Notes: generated by a model from the sequence alone, not told the origin. Shown: positions 25,623-34,702, counted from the stretch's first letter. The stretch: DNA of 58,642 nt from an uncultured Candidatus Bathyarchaeia archaeon (GCA_964620515.1 CAZUHG010000001.1:1-58642); one strand, 5' to 3'. Numbers and translations are program-made.

Positions 25623-26282
25623 TTGGTACTTCCAGCAGAAACAGAACAACGCGTAAAACGCAGAGCCTTAAGCGCATGCCAAGACAACCTGCGCAAAGTC
25701 GTAGATGTAACTCGAAAAATCCCTCAAATGGTTGAGAACTTTTCGAAAGGCGACAAAGAAACAGCTAGACAGCTTTTCAGCGAAATCAGAAAAGGAGAGG
25801 AAGAAGTCGTCAAAGCGAGGCGCATGGTTTCTCAAGAGCTAGCCGAGATAGGCGCCATTCTGATAAGCAGAGAAGATTATCTGAGGTTCACAAACTTGTC
25901 AAGTGAGATCGCGGATTTTTCCGAAGGAATCGCTTACTATTTTATTGAAATTATCGAGCATAACTGGAACGTGCCAAGCGACATAAAGAAGGATTTATTG
26001 ACGCTTTCCGAGGCTGTTTTTGACGCGGTGCTTAAGCTAAGAGAAACAATGATGGTTCTGAGCTATGGTTCAGCCAAAACCCTGGAAAAAGCTAAAGACG
26101 TTGAAATGGCCGAAAGAACCGTGGACGACCTCTACCGAGCACTCTTAATAAAAGTCCTCAGCAGCAAACTTGACCTCCCCGTCCTTCTGCTTATGCGAGA
26201 CATACTTCAACTTCTAGAAAATTCTGCTGACAAGGCCGAAGACGCCGCGGACACCGCACGCGTACTTTCGTTCATAATGTGA
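25623..26282 (+). CDS. DUF47 / PhoU-like family protein
   Basis: All-helical 219-aa protein with VDDLYRALL and ADKAEDAADT motifs typical of DUF47. The start codon is TTG. Confidence 0.65.
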   Translation: MVLPAETEQRVKRRALSACQDNLRKVVDVTRKIPQMVENFSKGDKETARQLFSEIRKGEEEVVKARRMVSQELAEIGAILISREDYLRFTNLSSEIADFSEGIAYYFIEIIEHNWNVPSDIKKDLLTLSEAVFDAVLKLRETMMVLSYGSAKTLEKAKDVEMAERTVDDLYRALLIKVLSSKLDLPVLLLMRDILQLLENSADKAEDAADTARVLSFIM

Positions 26283-26302
26283 CAGAGAGCGCGAAAACTT
26301 TC

Positions 26303-26857
26303 ATGGCTAAAATCAAAGTCGAATTAATTGAAAATTTCCTCGTAGTCTGGGACCCCGCAGAAGGCTCGCAGCTGTACAAAACAGGGTTTTACGGCAAACC
26401 GCTTGGAATCCCAAAGCCAAAAATTCCCGAGTTCAAAGTCCCCTTACTCTTAGATTTGATGGAAGGTCTATACCTAGTTGAGAAGAACAAGATAACGATT
26501 TACGAAGGCTCAGCAAAGCGCAAAGTCGGGCTCAAGACGCTCCAGCAAAAAACTAAGCAGTTATACGACGAGTTTGAAGAGAAATACGCTGTTTACCGAG
26601 ATTTGCGAGACAGCGGCTTGATTGTGACGCCGGGCATAAAGTTCGGCTGCGATTTTGCAGTTTACAAGTATGGTCCAGGCGTTGAGCACGCGCCGTACAT
26701 GGTTTCCGTGAAGAAGGCAGGCGCGGATATTTCAGCGACTGAAATCGTCAAAGCGGGACGACTGGCAACAACTGTGAGGAAACGTTTCATAATTGCCGTG
26801 CCAGACTTGGCTGCGGAGAAAACGAAATATTTGATTTTCAAGTGGTTTAAGGCTTAG
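26303..26857 (+). CDS. endA: tRNA-splicing endonuclease (tRNA-intron lyase)
   Basis: YRDLRDSGLIVTPGIKFGCDFAVYKYGPGVEHAPYMVSV...AGRLATTVRKRFIIAV. An alternative GTG start at 26279 overlaps the upstream stop codon. Confidence 0.9.
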   Translation: MAKIKVELIENFLVVWDPAEGSQLYKTGFYGKPLGIPKPKIPEFKVPLLLDLMEGLYLVEKNKITIYEGSAKRKVGLKTLQQKTKQLYDEFEEKYAVYRDLRDSGLIVTPGIKFGCDFAVYKYGPGVEHAPYMVSVKKAGADISATEIVKAGRLATTVRKRFIIAVPDLAAEKTKYLIFKWFKA

Positions 26858-28149
26858 CTTGACATTAAGATTTGGTGTTGAAATTCGCCTCTAACACGCT
26901 GATGCGGATAAATTCTTGTCGCCGTTAGGCTGCAGCCTTCCTCTACTGTAACATCATCGGCAACAACCGAAACCGTGTTTATTTTCGTCTGTTTTCGACC
27001 GCTCGAAAGGATTGTTGAGTGCCTGCCGATTATGCTGTCCTGAACTTCGGCTTTTTCTCCGATTATGACTCTGTCCAAAACCGCCGAGTTCTCTATGGTG
27101 GCGCCTTTACCGATTCTTGTAAAGTTGTCTATGCAGGAGTTAACTATTCGCGCTCCATCGTCGATTTGGCAGTGTCTGCCGATGAGCACGGCGCCTTCAA
27201 TCTCTATCCGCCCTTGCTTGATTTTATTAATAATTTCCTGTCTTCTTTGCTCTGAATCGTTGCTTTCTCCCTGAACCCATATTTGCTGTTTTCCGCTGAT
27301 TTTTCCGCCGAAATCCGTCAGCATGCTGAAGCCTCCGTGAAGCAGTTTCTTCATGGCTTCCAAATAGTTCTTGGGAGTGCCCACGTCAAACCAGTTTCCC
27401 TTTAACGTGTAACCGTACACTGGGTGTCCTGTTTGTGTCAAGTATGGTATGAAGTCGTAACCGAAATCTAACCTGTGTTTCTCCTCAATTATCTGCTTGA
27501 CCCCTTTCTCCTTGAAAACCTTCTTTATTTCTGGCGAAAGCACGTATAAGCCAGTATTTGCAAGATTGCTGGGAGCGTCTTTGGGCAGGGGTTTCTCGAC
27601 GAACTGGCGGATGCGGCTGTTCTTGTCGATGTCAGCGATGCCTAAGCCTTCAACGTTCTCTACTTCCCTAAGCACTATAGTCATCAGTGCGCCTTTTTCT
27701 CGGTGAAATTGCAGGAGATTTTTCACGTTGATTTCGAAAACGTTGTCACCTTGCACCGCGAAGACTGGATAATCAATGTCGTAATACTCCATGTTAATTC
27801 TTGCAGAGTCAGCGCTTCCAAGGTCATCTACGTTAGGCTGGTATTTTATGTGAACCCGCGGTTTGATGTTATACCGCACGGAGAAGCCGTAGCCTGACTC
27901 AAAATAGTCGTACAGGTCCCTGTAGTTCGTGTAGCCTTTAACTCCGAAGATGAAGTTGCGGATGCCTTGGCGGGCAAGAGACAAGAGCGAGAACTCCACC
28001 AATGGCCGGTTTAGCAGCCTGAGAGCGGCTTTGCTTGTTTCTGCTGTGAGTGGCAGAAGGCGCGTTGCTTTTCCGCCTACTGGAATTATCACTCTTAGTC
28101 TGTCTGGGCTGTAGTTGTCGCCCACTAAAGGAGCGTAGTTGTTGCTCAC
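26854..28149 (-). CDS. sugar-1-phosphate nucleotidyltransferase with a C-terminal left-handed beta-helix domain
   Basis: VIIPVGGKATRLLPLT..SKAALRLLNRPL, followed by hexapeptide-like repeats near the C-terminus (IGKGATIENSAVLDRVIIGEKAEVQDSIIG). Confidence 0.85.
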   Translation of the reverse strand: MSNNYAPLVGDNYSPDRLRVIIPVGGKATRLLPLTAETSKAALRLLNRPLVEFSLLSLARQGIRNFIFGVKGYTNYRDLYDYFESGYGFSVRYNIKPRVHIKYQPNVDDLGSADSARINMEYYDIDYPVFAVQGDNVFEINVKNLLQFHREKGALMTIVLREVENVEGLGIADIDKNSRIRQFVEKPLPKDAPSNLANTGLYVLSPEIKKVFKEKGVKQIIEEKHRLDFGYDFIPYLTQTGHPVYGYTLKGNWFDVGTPKNYLEAMKKLLHGGFSMLTDFGGKISGKQQIWVQGESNDSEQRRQEIINKIKQGRIEIEGAVLIGRHCQIDDGARIVNSCIDNFTRIGKGATIENSAVLDRVIIGEKAEVQDSIIGRHSTILSSGRKQTKINTVSVVADDVTVEEGCSLTATRIYPHQRVRGEFQHQILMSS

Positions 28150-28243
28150 AAGATTTCACCATAAAGATTGTTAATTATGAGTTTTGGGGGCGTATTAATG
28201 TTTTTTAATCTACACTATAGATTGAATGGTAATATTGTGAAAG

Positions 28244-28684
28244 TCAGGTCCTTTTGAAAGTTGGCAGCCTTACGATGTGGATGCTGACTGCTATTGCTAT
28301 TGCTACCATGATTAACTGCATGGGTAGAACAAGCTGTGCTGGCAAGAGGCGGTGCAAGATGAAAACTGTCGAGAAACTTATTGTTATCCAGAGCACGGTT
28401 AGGGCGGTGATTTTGGTTTTCATTGGTAGGCCCTTGCCTTCTTTGTAGTTTCGTATGTATTCTCCGAACCATTTGTTGTTTAGTAGCCACTTGTACATTC
28501 TCTCAGAGCTTTTGCAATAGCAAGCCGCGGCAGCCAAAAGAAAAGGTGTGGTTGGCAAGATGGGCAATACTGTGCCGATGGCGCCTAGCACCACGCAAAT
28601 TGTACCCGCAATAAACCACAATGTCTTCACGAGTTTATGTCCCTGCTTTTTGCATGTTGCTGCAAAGGTTTTCTTTTCTTCCAT
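28244..28684 (-). CDS. YbaN/DUF454 family inner-membrane protein
   Basis: GAIGTVLPILPTTPFLLAAAACYCKSSERMYKWLLNNKWFGEYIRNY. Confidence 0.8.
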   Translation of the reverse strand: MEEKKTFAATCKKQGHKLVKTLWFIAGTICVVLGAIGTVLPILPTTPFLLAAAACYCKSSERMYKWLLNNKWFGEYIRNYKEGKGLPMKTKITALTVLWITISFSTVFILHRLLPAQLVLPMQLIMVAIAIAVSIHIVRLPTFKRT

Positions 28685-28826
28685 GCCTGCTTCCTTCGCT
28701 ACTCTTCCTGCTGCTATCTTAAAAATTGTGCGCTTGACGACAGAAGAAACACCAGTTTTCCTGCTCTAAAGGAGAATTTTATAACTTGGTCAAAGCTAAT
28801 GCTTCTCTAACAAAGGTTTGATTTCA

Positions 28827-29678
28827 ATGGGGAAAGTAAGCGGCTTCGTACGGCTAATGCGACCAATCAACTGTGCAATGATGGGTTTCGCAGTGTTTGT
28901 TGGCGCGGTTCTGGCGCATCCCCAGTTCTCCAACTTTGACGGGTTGGGCATTCTGTACGGTTTCGCCACTGGTTTTATGCTAACAGCCGCATCCATGACC
29001 ATAAACGATTACTACGATCGGGCAATTGACGCCATAAACGAGCCGTCTCGCCCCATTCCAAGCGGCTTGGTAAGCGCACGGCAAGCTTTGGTTTTCGTTT
29101 TTGTTCTTTCAGTGGTAGGTTTTGTCTTCGCTTACCTTACGAGCATTCTCTGTTTGATTGTTGCGATTATCTCTTGGGTCGTTATGGTGGCGTATGTTAC
29201 GGTTGGAAAACGTAGCGGTTTGCCCGGAAACTTCCTTGTCAGCACGTGCGTGGCTATCCCCTTCATCTACGGCAGCATAATCGTTCTTAGCGACGTTCCG
29301 TTGAGTGTTCTGCTGTTTACGCTAATGGCGTTCCTTTCCAACACTGGCAGAGAAATCACCAAAGGCATCGTCGATGTGAAAGGCGATAAGGCTGAAGGCA
29401 TTAAGACGCTGGCTGTGCGTTATGGAGAGAGAACCGCCGCTGTTGCCGCCGCTGTGTTTTACCTGTTGGCTGTTTCTCTAACTCCGCTTCCTTTGTATTT
29501 AGGCATAGTTTCTTTCTGGTTCATACCGTTCGTTTTAGTAACCGACATTGGGTTTGCGGTTTCCTCGTTCCTTCTACTCAAGGATTATTCTCGGGAAAAC
29601 GCGCGGAAAATCAAGAAACTGGTTCTGTTATGGTTTATTCTTGGCTTGTTAGCATATGTTTTTGGCGTTTTTAGGTGA
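28827..29678 (+). CDS. UbiA-family prenyltransferase, digeranylgeranylglyceryl phosphate (DGGGP) synthase-like
   Basis: RLMRPINCAMMG..., the Asp-rich motif NDYYDRAIDAINEPSRPIPSG, and a second motif KGIVDVKGDKAEGIKTL. About 8 TM helices. Confidence 0.85.
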   Translation: MGKVSGFVRLMRPINCAMMGFAVFVGAVLAHPQFSNFDGLGILYGFATGFMLTAASMTINDYYDRAIDAINEPSRPIPSGLVSARQALVFVFVLSVVGFVFAYLTSILCLIVAIISWVVMVAYVTVGKRSGLPGNFLVSTCVAIPFIYGSIIVLSDVPLSVLLFTLMAFLSNTGREITKGIVDVKGDKAEGIKTLAVRYGERTAAVAAAVFYLLAVSLTPLPLYLGIVSFWFIPFVLVTDIGFAVSSFLLLKDYSRENARKIKKLVLLWFILGLLAYVFGVFR

Positions 29679-29682
29679 GCCT

Positions 29683-30405
29683 ATGTTTGACAGCGAAATC
29701 GTCACCAATGTGGCGCTGCTAATCCTGTGTTACATTTACATTTTGCTAATAATCCTAATTTCAGGAAAAATAGAAAGCGTTCTCCATATTTCGCGTAAAT
29801 CTTCCCGGAAATTCTTGCACTCAATGATTGGCAATTTGCCTTTCATAATTCCTTTCTTTTCCTACAATTCTTTTCCGCTGAATTTTCCGTTTTTTGTTGC
29901 GGCGCCATTCATACTTGTGACTTTTCTTGCTTCGCCTTACTCACCTTCAAAGCGTGTTTACGAAAAAATGAAGGGGTTGTCAGGTATAACTGAGGAAGGA
30001 CACCAGCTAGGTCTTGTTTTCTACGCTGTGTCGTACACTCTTTTTGCGTTGTTCTTTTCTGCCAAACCTTACGTTATTGCCGCTGGAGTTTTACCTATGG
30101 CTTATGGCGATGCTTCTGCTGCTTTGATAGGAGAAAAATACGGAAGTAGGCACTACCGCATTTTTGCAAAGAAAAGCCTCGAGGGCTCAATCGCTATGTT
30201 CCTTGCGAGTTTCATCAGTTTCGCTGTTAGCTTGCTGTTTTTTTCCGTATGGTACGCATTTCCAATTTTACATGTAATGTTAGCTGCGTTGGGGGTTGCT
30301 TTCGTAGCTGCTTTAGCTGAAAGCCTCTCACCTTTAGGATTTGATAACATCACGGTTCCAATTCTAAGTGCTTTGACATTTTTGATTTTAAGCGGGGGCG
30401 TTTAA
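29683..30405 (+). CDS. polyprenol/dolichol kinase-family (CTP-dependent, CdsA-related) membrane protein
   Basis: PMAYGDASAALIGEKYGSRHYRIFAKKSLEGSIAMF. The gene is polytopic and lies 5 nt after the stop of the prenyltransferase gene. Confidence 0.7.
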   Translation: MFDSEIVTNVALLILCYIYILLIILISGKIESVLHISRKSSRKFLHSMIGNLPFIIPFFSYNSFPLNFPFFVAAPFILVTFLASPYSPSKRVYEKMKGLSGITEEGHQLGLVFYAVSYTLFALFFSAKPYVIAAGVLPMAYGDASAALIGEKYGSRHYRIFAKKSLEGSIAMFLASFISFAVSLLFFSVWYAFPILHVMLAALGVAFVAALAESLSPLGFDNITVPILSALTFLILSGGV

Positions 30406-30409
30406 CACA

Positions 30410-30976
30410 GTGTTCATAATCATCGATGGATTGGATGCCTCTGGAAAAAGCACGCAAGCCCTTCAACTTTTCAAGTTTTTCACTACAAAAGGGAAAACTG
30501 TTTGTCTTCGTTTTCACCCATCAGATGATAATTTTTTCGGCGTTAAAGCAAAACAGTTTCTGTATTCAAAAGGAAAAAGTGCACATTTTGCTTCAGCACT
30601 GTTTTACATGGCAGATGTAATTCGTTCAATTCTTCTCTACGCTTGGCAAAAGTATGACCACGTAATTTTTGTACGCTATTTAATGGGCACAGCGTATTTG
30701 CCTTCTCCAGTGCATAGAGTCGCCTACCATTTTTTCGCTCTTTTAGTGCCGAAATCTGATGCCATGTTTTTTCTGGATATTACTCCCCGTGAAGCTTACA
30801 GAAGAATACGTCGAACACGTGAAAACCAAGAGATGTTCGAGAGCATAAATGAACTCAGAAAAGTTAGGGTAAAGGGGCTTTCATTGGCGTTGATTGGCAA
30901 GTGGAGGATTATTGACGCTAACAGGTCAGTAGAAGAAGTTGAAATGGAAATCCTGAAACTGCTTGGAATGTCTTGA
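30410..30976 (+). CDS. thymidylate kinase-like P-loop kinase
   Basis: The P-loop MFIIIDGLDASGKSTQA and an (D)RY-like FVRYLMGTAY. The sequence is divergent. The GTG start lies 5 nt after the upstream stop. Confidence 0.55.
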   Translation: MFIIIDGLDASGKSTQALQLFKFFTTKGKTVCLRFHPSDDNFFGVKAKQFLYSKGKSAHFASALFYMADVIRSILLYAWQKYDHVIFVRYLMGTAYLPSPVHRVAYHFFALLVPKSDAMFFLDITPREAYRRIRRTRENQEMFESINELRKVRVKGLSLALIGKWRIIDANRSVEEVEMEILKLLGMS

Positions 30977-31213
30977 TTTTTGCAATTTTGGCGTTTCAAA
31001 TTTTTTCAGCGAATATAGGCTGCAACTTGTTTTGTTTGTTTCAGTATAGCTTACATATTCTTGTCTATTATCCGCTATTCACTTAGTGTGATCTTTAATT
31101 GTAAATTGCATCTTAGATGTGACTATGGTGCCTGATGTATATATCTGCATGTTTCCCGCATGTTAACAATACATAATACGTTCAACGTGGCTTTTGCATG
31201 TGAGGATACTAAC

Positions 31214-31867
31214 ATGTCTGAACGTTTTGCTAAGAAATGGGAAAGCAGAAGAGACGAAACATCATTTGTCGATACCATACGCTCAACAGTCAATCCGCCG
31301 CCACCGCTGAAGCCACGCATGGACCACGCCATCAGACGCTTGGACCTGCAAATCAACAAGTTAGACCAAGCCAATGAAAGGTTCAGTCAAAAAGACAGGG
31401 CGCTTTTTGGCAAAATAGTTGATGCATACGCGAAACATGATGCTGCGCACGCCAATATTTACGCCAACGAGTTGGCTGAGGTTCGCAAAATGGAAAAGCT
31501 GGTCATGAATGCGAGACTGGCACTTGATCAGGTGCAGCTTAGACTGCGGACAGTTACAGAATTCGGAGATATCGTATCCACGCTGGGACCAGTCATAGGC
31601 GTATTGCGCTCAGTCAACGTAGGGCTTGTGGGCGTTATACCTGAAGCGGAAAATGAACTTGGAGACATAAGCAACATGCTAAGCGGTTTGATGTTTGACG
31701 CTGGACAAAGTTCTGGGTTTAGCCTCAACTTTAACTCGGTGAACGAGGACACAGCTAAAATCCTTGATGAAGCAGCAACGGTTGCGGAGCAGAAAATCAG
31801 CGCTAACTTTCCAGACTTGCCTCCGGGGCTCTCAACGAACGTTGCAAGAGGAAAAAGCACCAACTGA
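31214..31867 (+). CDS. cdvB: ESCRT-III / Snf7-family protein (CdvB-like), lacking a C-terminal winged-helix domain
   Basis: KDRALFGKIVDAYAKHDAAHANIYANELAEVRKMEKLVMNARLALDQVQLRLRTV...VIPEAENELGDI...EDTAKILDEAATVAEQKISANFPDLPPG follows the crenarchaeal CdvB core as I remember it. Confidence 0.7.
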   Translation: MSERFAKKWESRRDETSFVDTIRSTVNPPPPLKPRMDHAIRRLDLQINKLDQANERFSQKDRALFGKIVDAYAKHDAAHANIYANELAEVRKMEKLVMNARLALDQVQLRLRTVTEFGDIVSTLGPVIGVLRSVNVGLVGVIPEAENELGDISNMLSGLMFDAGQSSGFSLNFNSVNEDTAKILDEAATVAEQKISANFPDLPPGLSTNVARGKSTN

Positions 31868-31883
31868 AAACACTCTGAAACCC

Positions 31884-31929
31884 TTTTTTTCATCCACACG
31901 TTCCCCTCTTTATTTTTTCAGTGTTTTTT
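31884..31929 (+). terminator. oligo-T terminator tract downstream of the cdvB-like gene
   Basis: Three T runs (T7 at 31884-31890, T6 at 31913-31918, T6 at 31924-31929) lie within 60 nt of the stop codon. Confidence 0.45.
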
Positions 31930-32102
31930 CCCAAAATTAAAGCACTATGATAGTCACTACGCGCAACGTTAACCACGCTTGATGTCTGTTCTAAGACTTG
32001 AACTAAAGAGAATGAAGCAAGTTTGAGTGATAACAAAGACATTTTTAACGCGGAAAGGCAAATATCACAAAAAAGGATAAGGGGATTTGGTGTTTGCAGG
32101 TT

Positions 32103-32912
32103 TTAGAGTGTGTAGTTTTTTGCTAAGCTGGTTTTTGGATGCTTCCGCAGCCAATAGACGCCAACAGCAACTGCAACAGATGATAGCAGCATAACAAACA
32201 CGATGCTAAAGCCCTCTGGATATGGGTCTTGGGAAAAAGTCGAGACTACTCCCCAAGTGTCTGGGACGTCTGCGCTGCCTGGTGCCCATGATCGCCATCC
32301 CGCTGCGGGGTTGCTCGCGTCGTAATATGCAATTCTAAATGCGTTTGGCGGCTGACCAACTACTAAAGTGCCTGTTTGCTTGTCGTTTATTTTGAATTCT
32401 GTGATCCAGTGGGGTGTGCTGTTCCATGGAGAAGCGCTTATCGAGTTAGCCCATGAGACTTCGCCTGCTGGCAGGGTGATTTCGCTCCAGCCTGTTCCAT
32501 TTCCTTGATACGCTTTCATTGTGGTGTGTCCAAGGATTTCTATCTTGAAATGGGCGGCCGCGGGAGCAGCGCCTCCGCTGTTGGCGGGGTCTAAGCAAAA
32601 TTGCCATATGTCTCCGGCGTCGTTGGTGTTGTCATCGAAAACTTCGGTAAGGAACAGCATAGCATAATTGGGAGAGACGGTGGTATCCATTTTGTATTTG
32701 CATCCAGCTGTGTAAGTGTTAGACATGTTCATCCTTGGGGCGTCGGTCCATTCGGCTGCAACAGTCCAATTTCCATCAACGGTGACGGTGGTGCTAGCCC
32801 AGTATTCTAGTATTGAGTAAGCTGAGTTGCCTGCCGTGGCTGTTCCTGCGGTTACTATCAGCATACTGCAAAGCAGAAGTATTGAAAAAGCAACATTTAC
32901 AATTTTCTTCAT
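32103..32912 (-). CDS. secreted surface protein (CBM9/DOMON-like N-terminal pattern) with a C-terminal TM anchor, paralog 1
   Basis: Signal peptide MKKIVNVAFSILLLCSMLIVTAGTATA, then TVDGNWTVAAEWTDAP. The C-terminus is PYPEGFSIVFVMLLSSVAVAVGVYWLRKHPK. Confidence 0.75.
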   Translation of the reverse strand: MKKIVNVAFSILLLCSMLIVTAGTATAGNSAYSILEYWASTTVTVDGNWTVAAEWTDAPRMNMSNTYTAGCKYKMDTTVSPNYAMLFLTEVFDDNTNDAGDIWQFCLDPANSGGAAPAAAHFKIEILGHTTMKAYQGNGTGWSEITLPAGEVSWANSISASPWNSTPHWITEFKINDKQTGTLVVGQPPNAFRIAYYDASNPAAGWRSWAPGSADVPDTWGVVSTFSQDPYPEGFSIVFVMLLSSVAVAVGVYWLRKHPKTSLAKNYTL

Positions 32913-33026
32913 TCTTCTTTAATCTCCTTTAAGGATTATACTTATTCTTCGCAGTGACCTTAAAAATTTTGCTATACGACAGCCCATGCGACACCTGATT
33001 GGAAAACCAAAATTTAATGCAAAAAC

Positions 33027-33062
33027 GTGAAAAGAACAAAAACGTTCCAACAATTGTACTAA
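33027..33062 (+). pseudogene. relic of the 5' end of the wHTH regulator gene, carried along by the tandem duplication
   Basis: GTGAAAAGAACAAAAACGTTCCAACAATTGTACTAA aligns with ATGATAAGAACAAAGCGTTCCAACAATTGGACTTATAAG at 34112 and stops after 11 codons. Confidence 0.45.
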
Positions 33063-33154
33063 AAAGAATAAAGTAAACTTGCGTGGTAACAGAGGCAAAC
33101 TTTGAAGCGGAAAGGCAAACATAAAAAAAGAGGGAGATTTGGCGCTTGCAGATT

Positions 33155-33949
33155 TCAGAGCGTGTTTTTTGCTAAACTGTAGCGTTCGGTTTTTGGGCGT
33201 TTCCGTAGCCAATAGAAGCCAACGGCAACCGCAACAGTTGACAGTAGCGCAACGAATACGATGTTAAAGGCTTCTGGCCATGGGTCTTGTGAATAAGTCG
33301 GAATTAATCCCCACTGATCTGGAACGTCCGCACTGCCTGGTGCCCACGCATGCCATGTAGCCTTGCTCGCGTCGTAAGCCGCAAGTCTCATACCAGTTGG
33401 TGGAGCATTGGCAACTGTTATTGAGCCGCCTGTCTTTACATCAGATATCTCTACAATCCAGTGAGGTGTGCTGTTCAATGGAGAGGCGCTTATCGAGTTA
33501 GCCCAAGACACTTCGCTCGGATCGGCGATTTCAGTCCAGCCTGCTCCATTTCCCTGATACGCTTTCAAGGTGGTGTGTCCTGTGATTTCTATTTTGAAAT
33601 CGCCGGCCTGAGGAGCAGTGCCTCCGCCGTTGCTATCGTCGAGGCAAATTTGCCATATGTCTCCGGCGTCGTTGGTGTTGTCATCGAAAACTTCGATTAT
33701 CCACTGGCAGGAAAATGTGTCATAATCCATCTTGTATTTGCCTACAGCAGTGGCTGACATGTTTATCTTGGGAGCGTCGGTCCATTCGTTTGCAGAGGTC
33801 CAGTTTCCATCAACGGTTGCTGGAGTGACAGCCCAATACTCCAGCACTGAGTAAGCTGCATTGCCTGCCATGGCGGTTTCTACGCTTACTAGCAATAGTG
33901 GACTGCATAATGCCAGTATACAGAAAGCCGCAAAAAGGATTTTCTTCAT
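33155..33949 (-). CDS. secreted surface protein (CBM9/DOMON-like N-terminal pattern) with a C-terminal TM anchor, paralog 2
   Basis: Signal peptide MKKILFAAFCILALCSPLLLVSVETAMA, then TVDGNWTSANEWTDAP. The C-terminus is PWPEAFNIVFVALLSTVAVAVGFYWLRKRPK. It is collinear with 32103..32912. Confidence 0.75.
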   Translation of the reverse strand: MKKILFAAFCILALCSPLLLVSVETAMAGNAAYSVLEYWAVTPATVDGNWTSANEWTDAPKINMSATAVGKYKMDYDTFSCQWIIEVFDDNTNDAGDIWQICLDDSNGGGTAPQAGDFKIEITGHTTLKAYQGNGAGWTEIADPSEVSWANSISASPLNSTPHWIVEISDVKTGGSITVANAPPTGMRLAAYDASKATWHAWAPGSADVPDQWGLIPTYSQDPWPEAFNIVFVALLSTVAVAVGFYWLRKRPKTERYSLAKNTL

Positions 33950-34111
33950 TCTTTTCTACTCTCCTTTAGTGGCTAACTTATTATTCGATTCAGTAGCTTA
34001 AAAAATTTTGCTATATAGCAGCCTATACAATGCCTGATTTACAATTTGAAAGAGAAATACGCGTATAAACTTGCATACACTTTAGAATTAAACCAGAATT
34101 TAACGCAAAAC

Positions 34112-34639
34112 ATGATAAGAACAAAGCGTTCCAACAATTGGACTTATAAGTTGTTGTTGGGCAGTATTATCTGTGAGGCGGCTTACTTATTGAACGCGGT
34201 CGATGAGACAAAGCTTGAATACTCCCTTCGCGGCAAAGCATGGAAAGTCTACTGGTTCCTGCTTAAAACTGGCAATCCTGTTAGCGTGCGAGAAGTCCAG
34301 CGTGCCTTGCGCTTCAGCAGCCCAAGCGTAGCGCACCACCATCTTGAACAGCTGCACGATTTGGGTTTGGTTGAGAAACAGGAAATCGGCGGACACTATA
34401 TACTAGTGGGCGAAGTGAAAATCGGCGTGCTCCGCCACTACGTGAAACTGGGCAAACTGCTGTTTCCAAGATACTTCTTCTACGCAGTTTTCTCCACCGT
34501 TTTCTACGCAGCTTACCTGCTTTTCCTAACACATGACTGGCTCATGCGTGAGAACCTGTTCATCGCCGTGTTCGGAGCCATAGTTTGCGCAGTTTTCTGG
34601 TATGAAGCGTACCGCGTGTGGACTATGCGACCGTTCTAA
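34112..34639 (+). CDS. membrane-associated winged-helix DNA-binding protein (wHTH followed by two C-terminal TM helices)
   Basis: KVYWFLLKTGNPVSVREVQRALRFSSPSVAHHHLEQLHDLGLVEK, then FPRYFFYAVFSTVFYAAYLLFL and LFIAVFGAIVCAVFWY. The ATG at 34112 is preferred because the track start at 34046 lies in duplicated non-coding flank. Confidence 0.65.
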   Translation: MIRTKRSNNWTYKLLLGSIICEAAYLLNAVDETKLEYSLRGKAWKVYWFLLKTGNPVSVREVQRALRFSSPSVAHHHLEQLHDLGLVEKQEIGGHYILVGEVKIGVLRHYVKLGKLLFPRYFFYAVFSTVFYAAYLLFLTHDWLMRENLFIAVFGAIVCAVFWYEAYRVWTMRPF

Positions 34640-34702
34640 AAACTGGAACAAGGTGTTCTACGGCTTAGGATAATATCAAACGGCACCATACGCTTATAGC
34701 AG

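Larger units (their letters stand above)
32050..34145. repeat. tandem segmental duplication (two units of about 1.0 kb, diverged)
   Basis: Unit 1 is about 32050-33060 and unit 2 about 33098-34145. Each holds a surface-protein gene plus alignable 3' flanks (GCGGAAAGGCAAA...TTGCAG.TTT.AGAG) and 5' flanks (..AATTT.GCTATA..., CCA.AATTTAA.GCAAAA...GTTCCAACAATTG). Confidence 0.8.
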
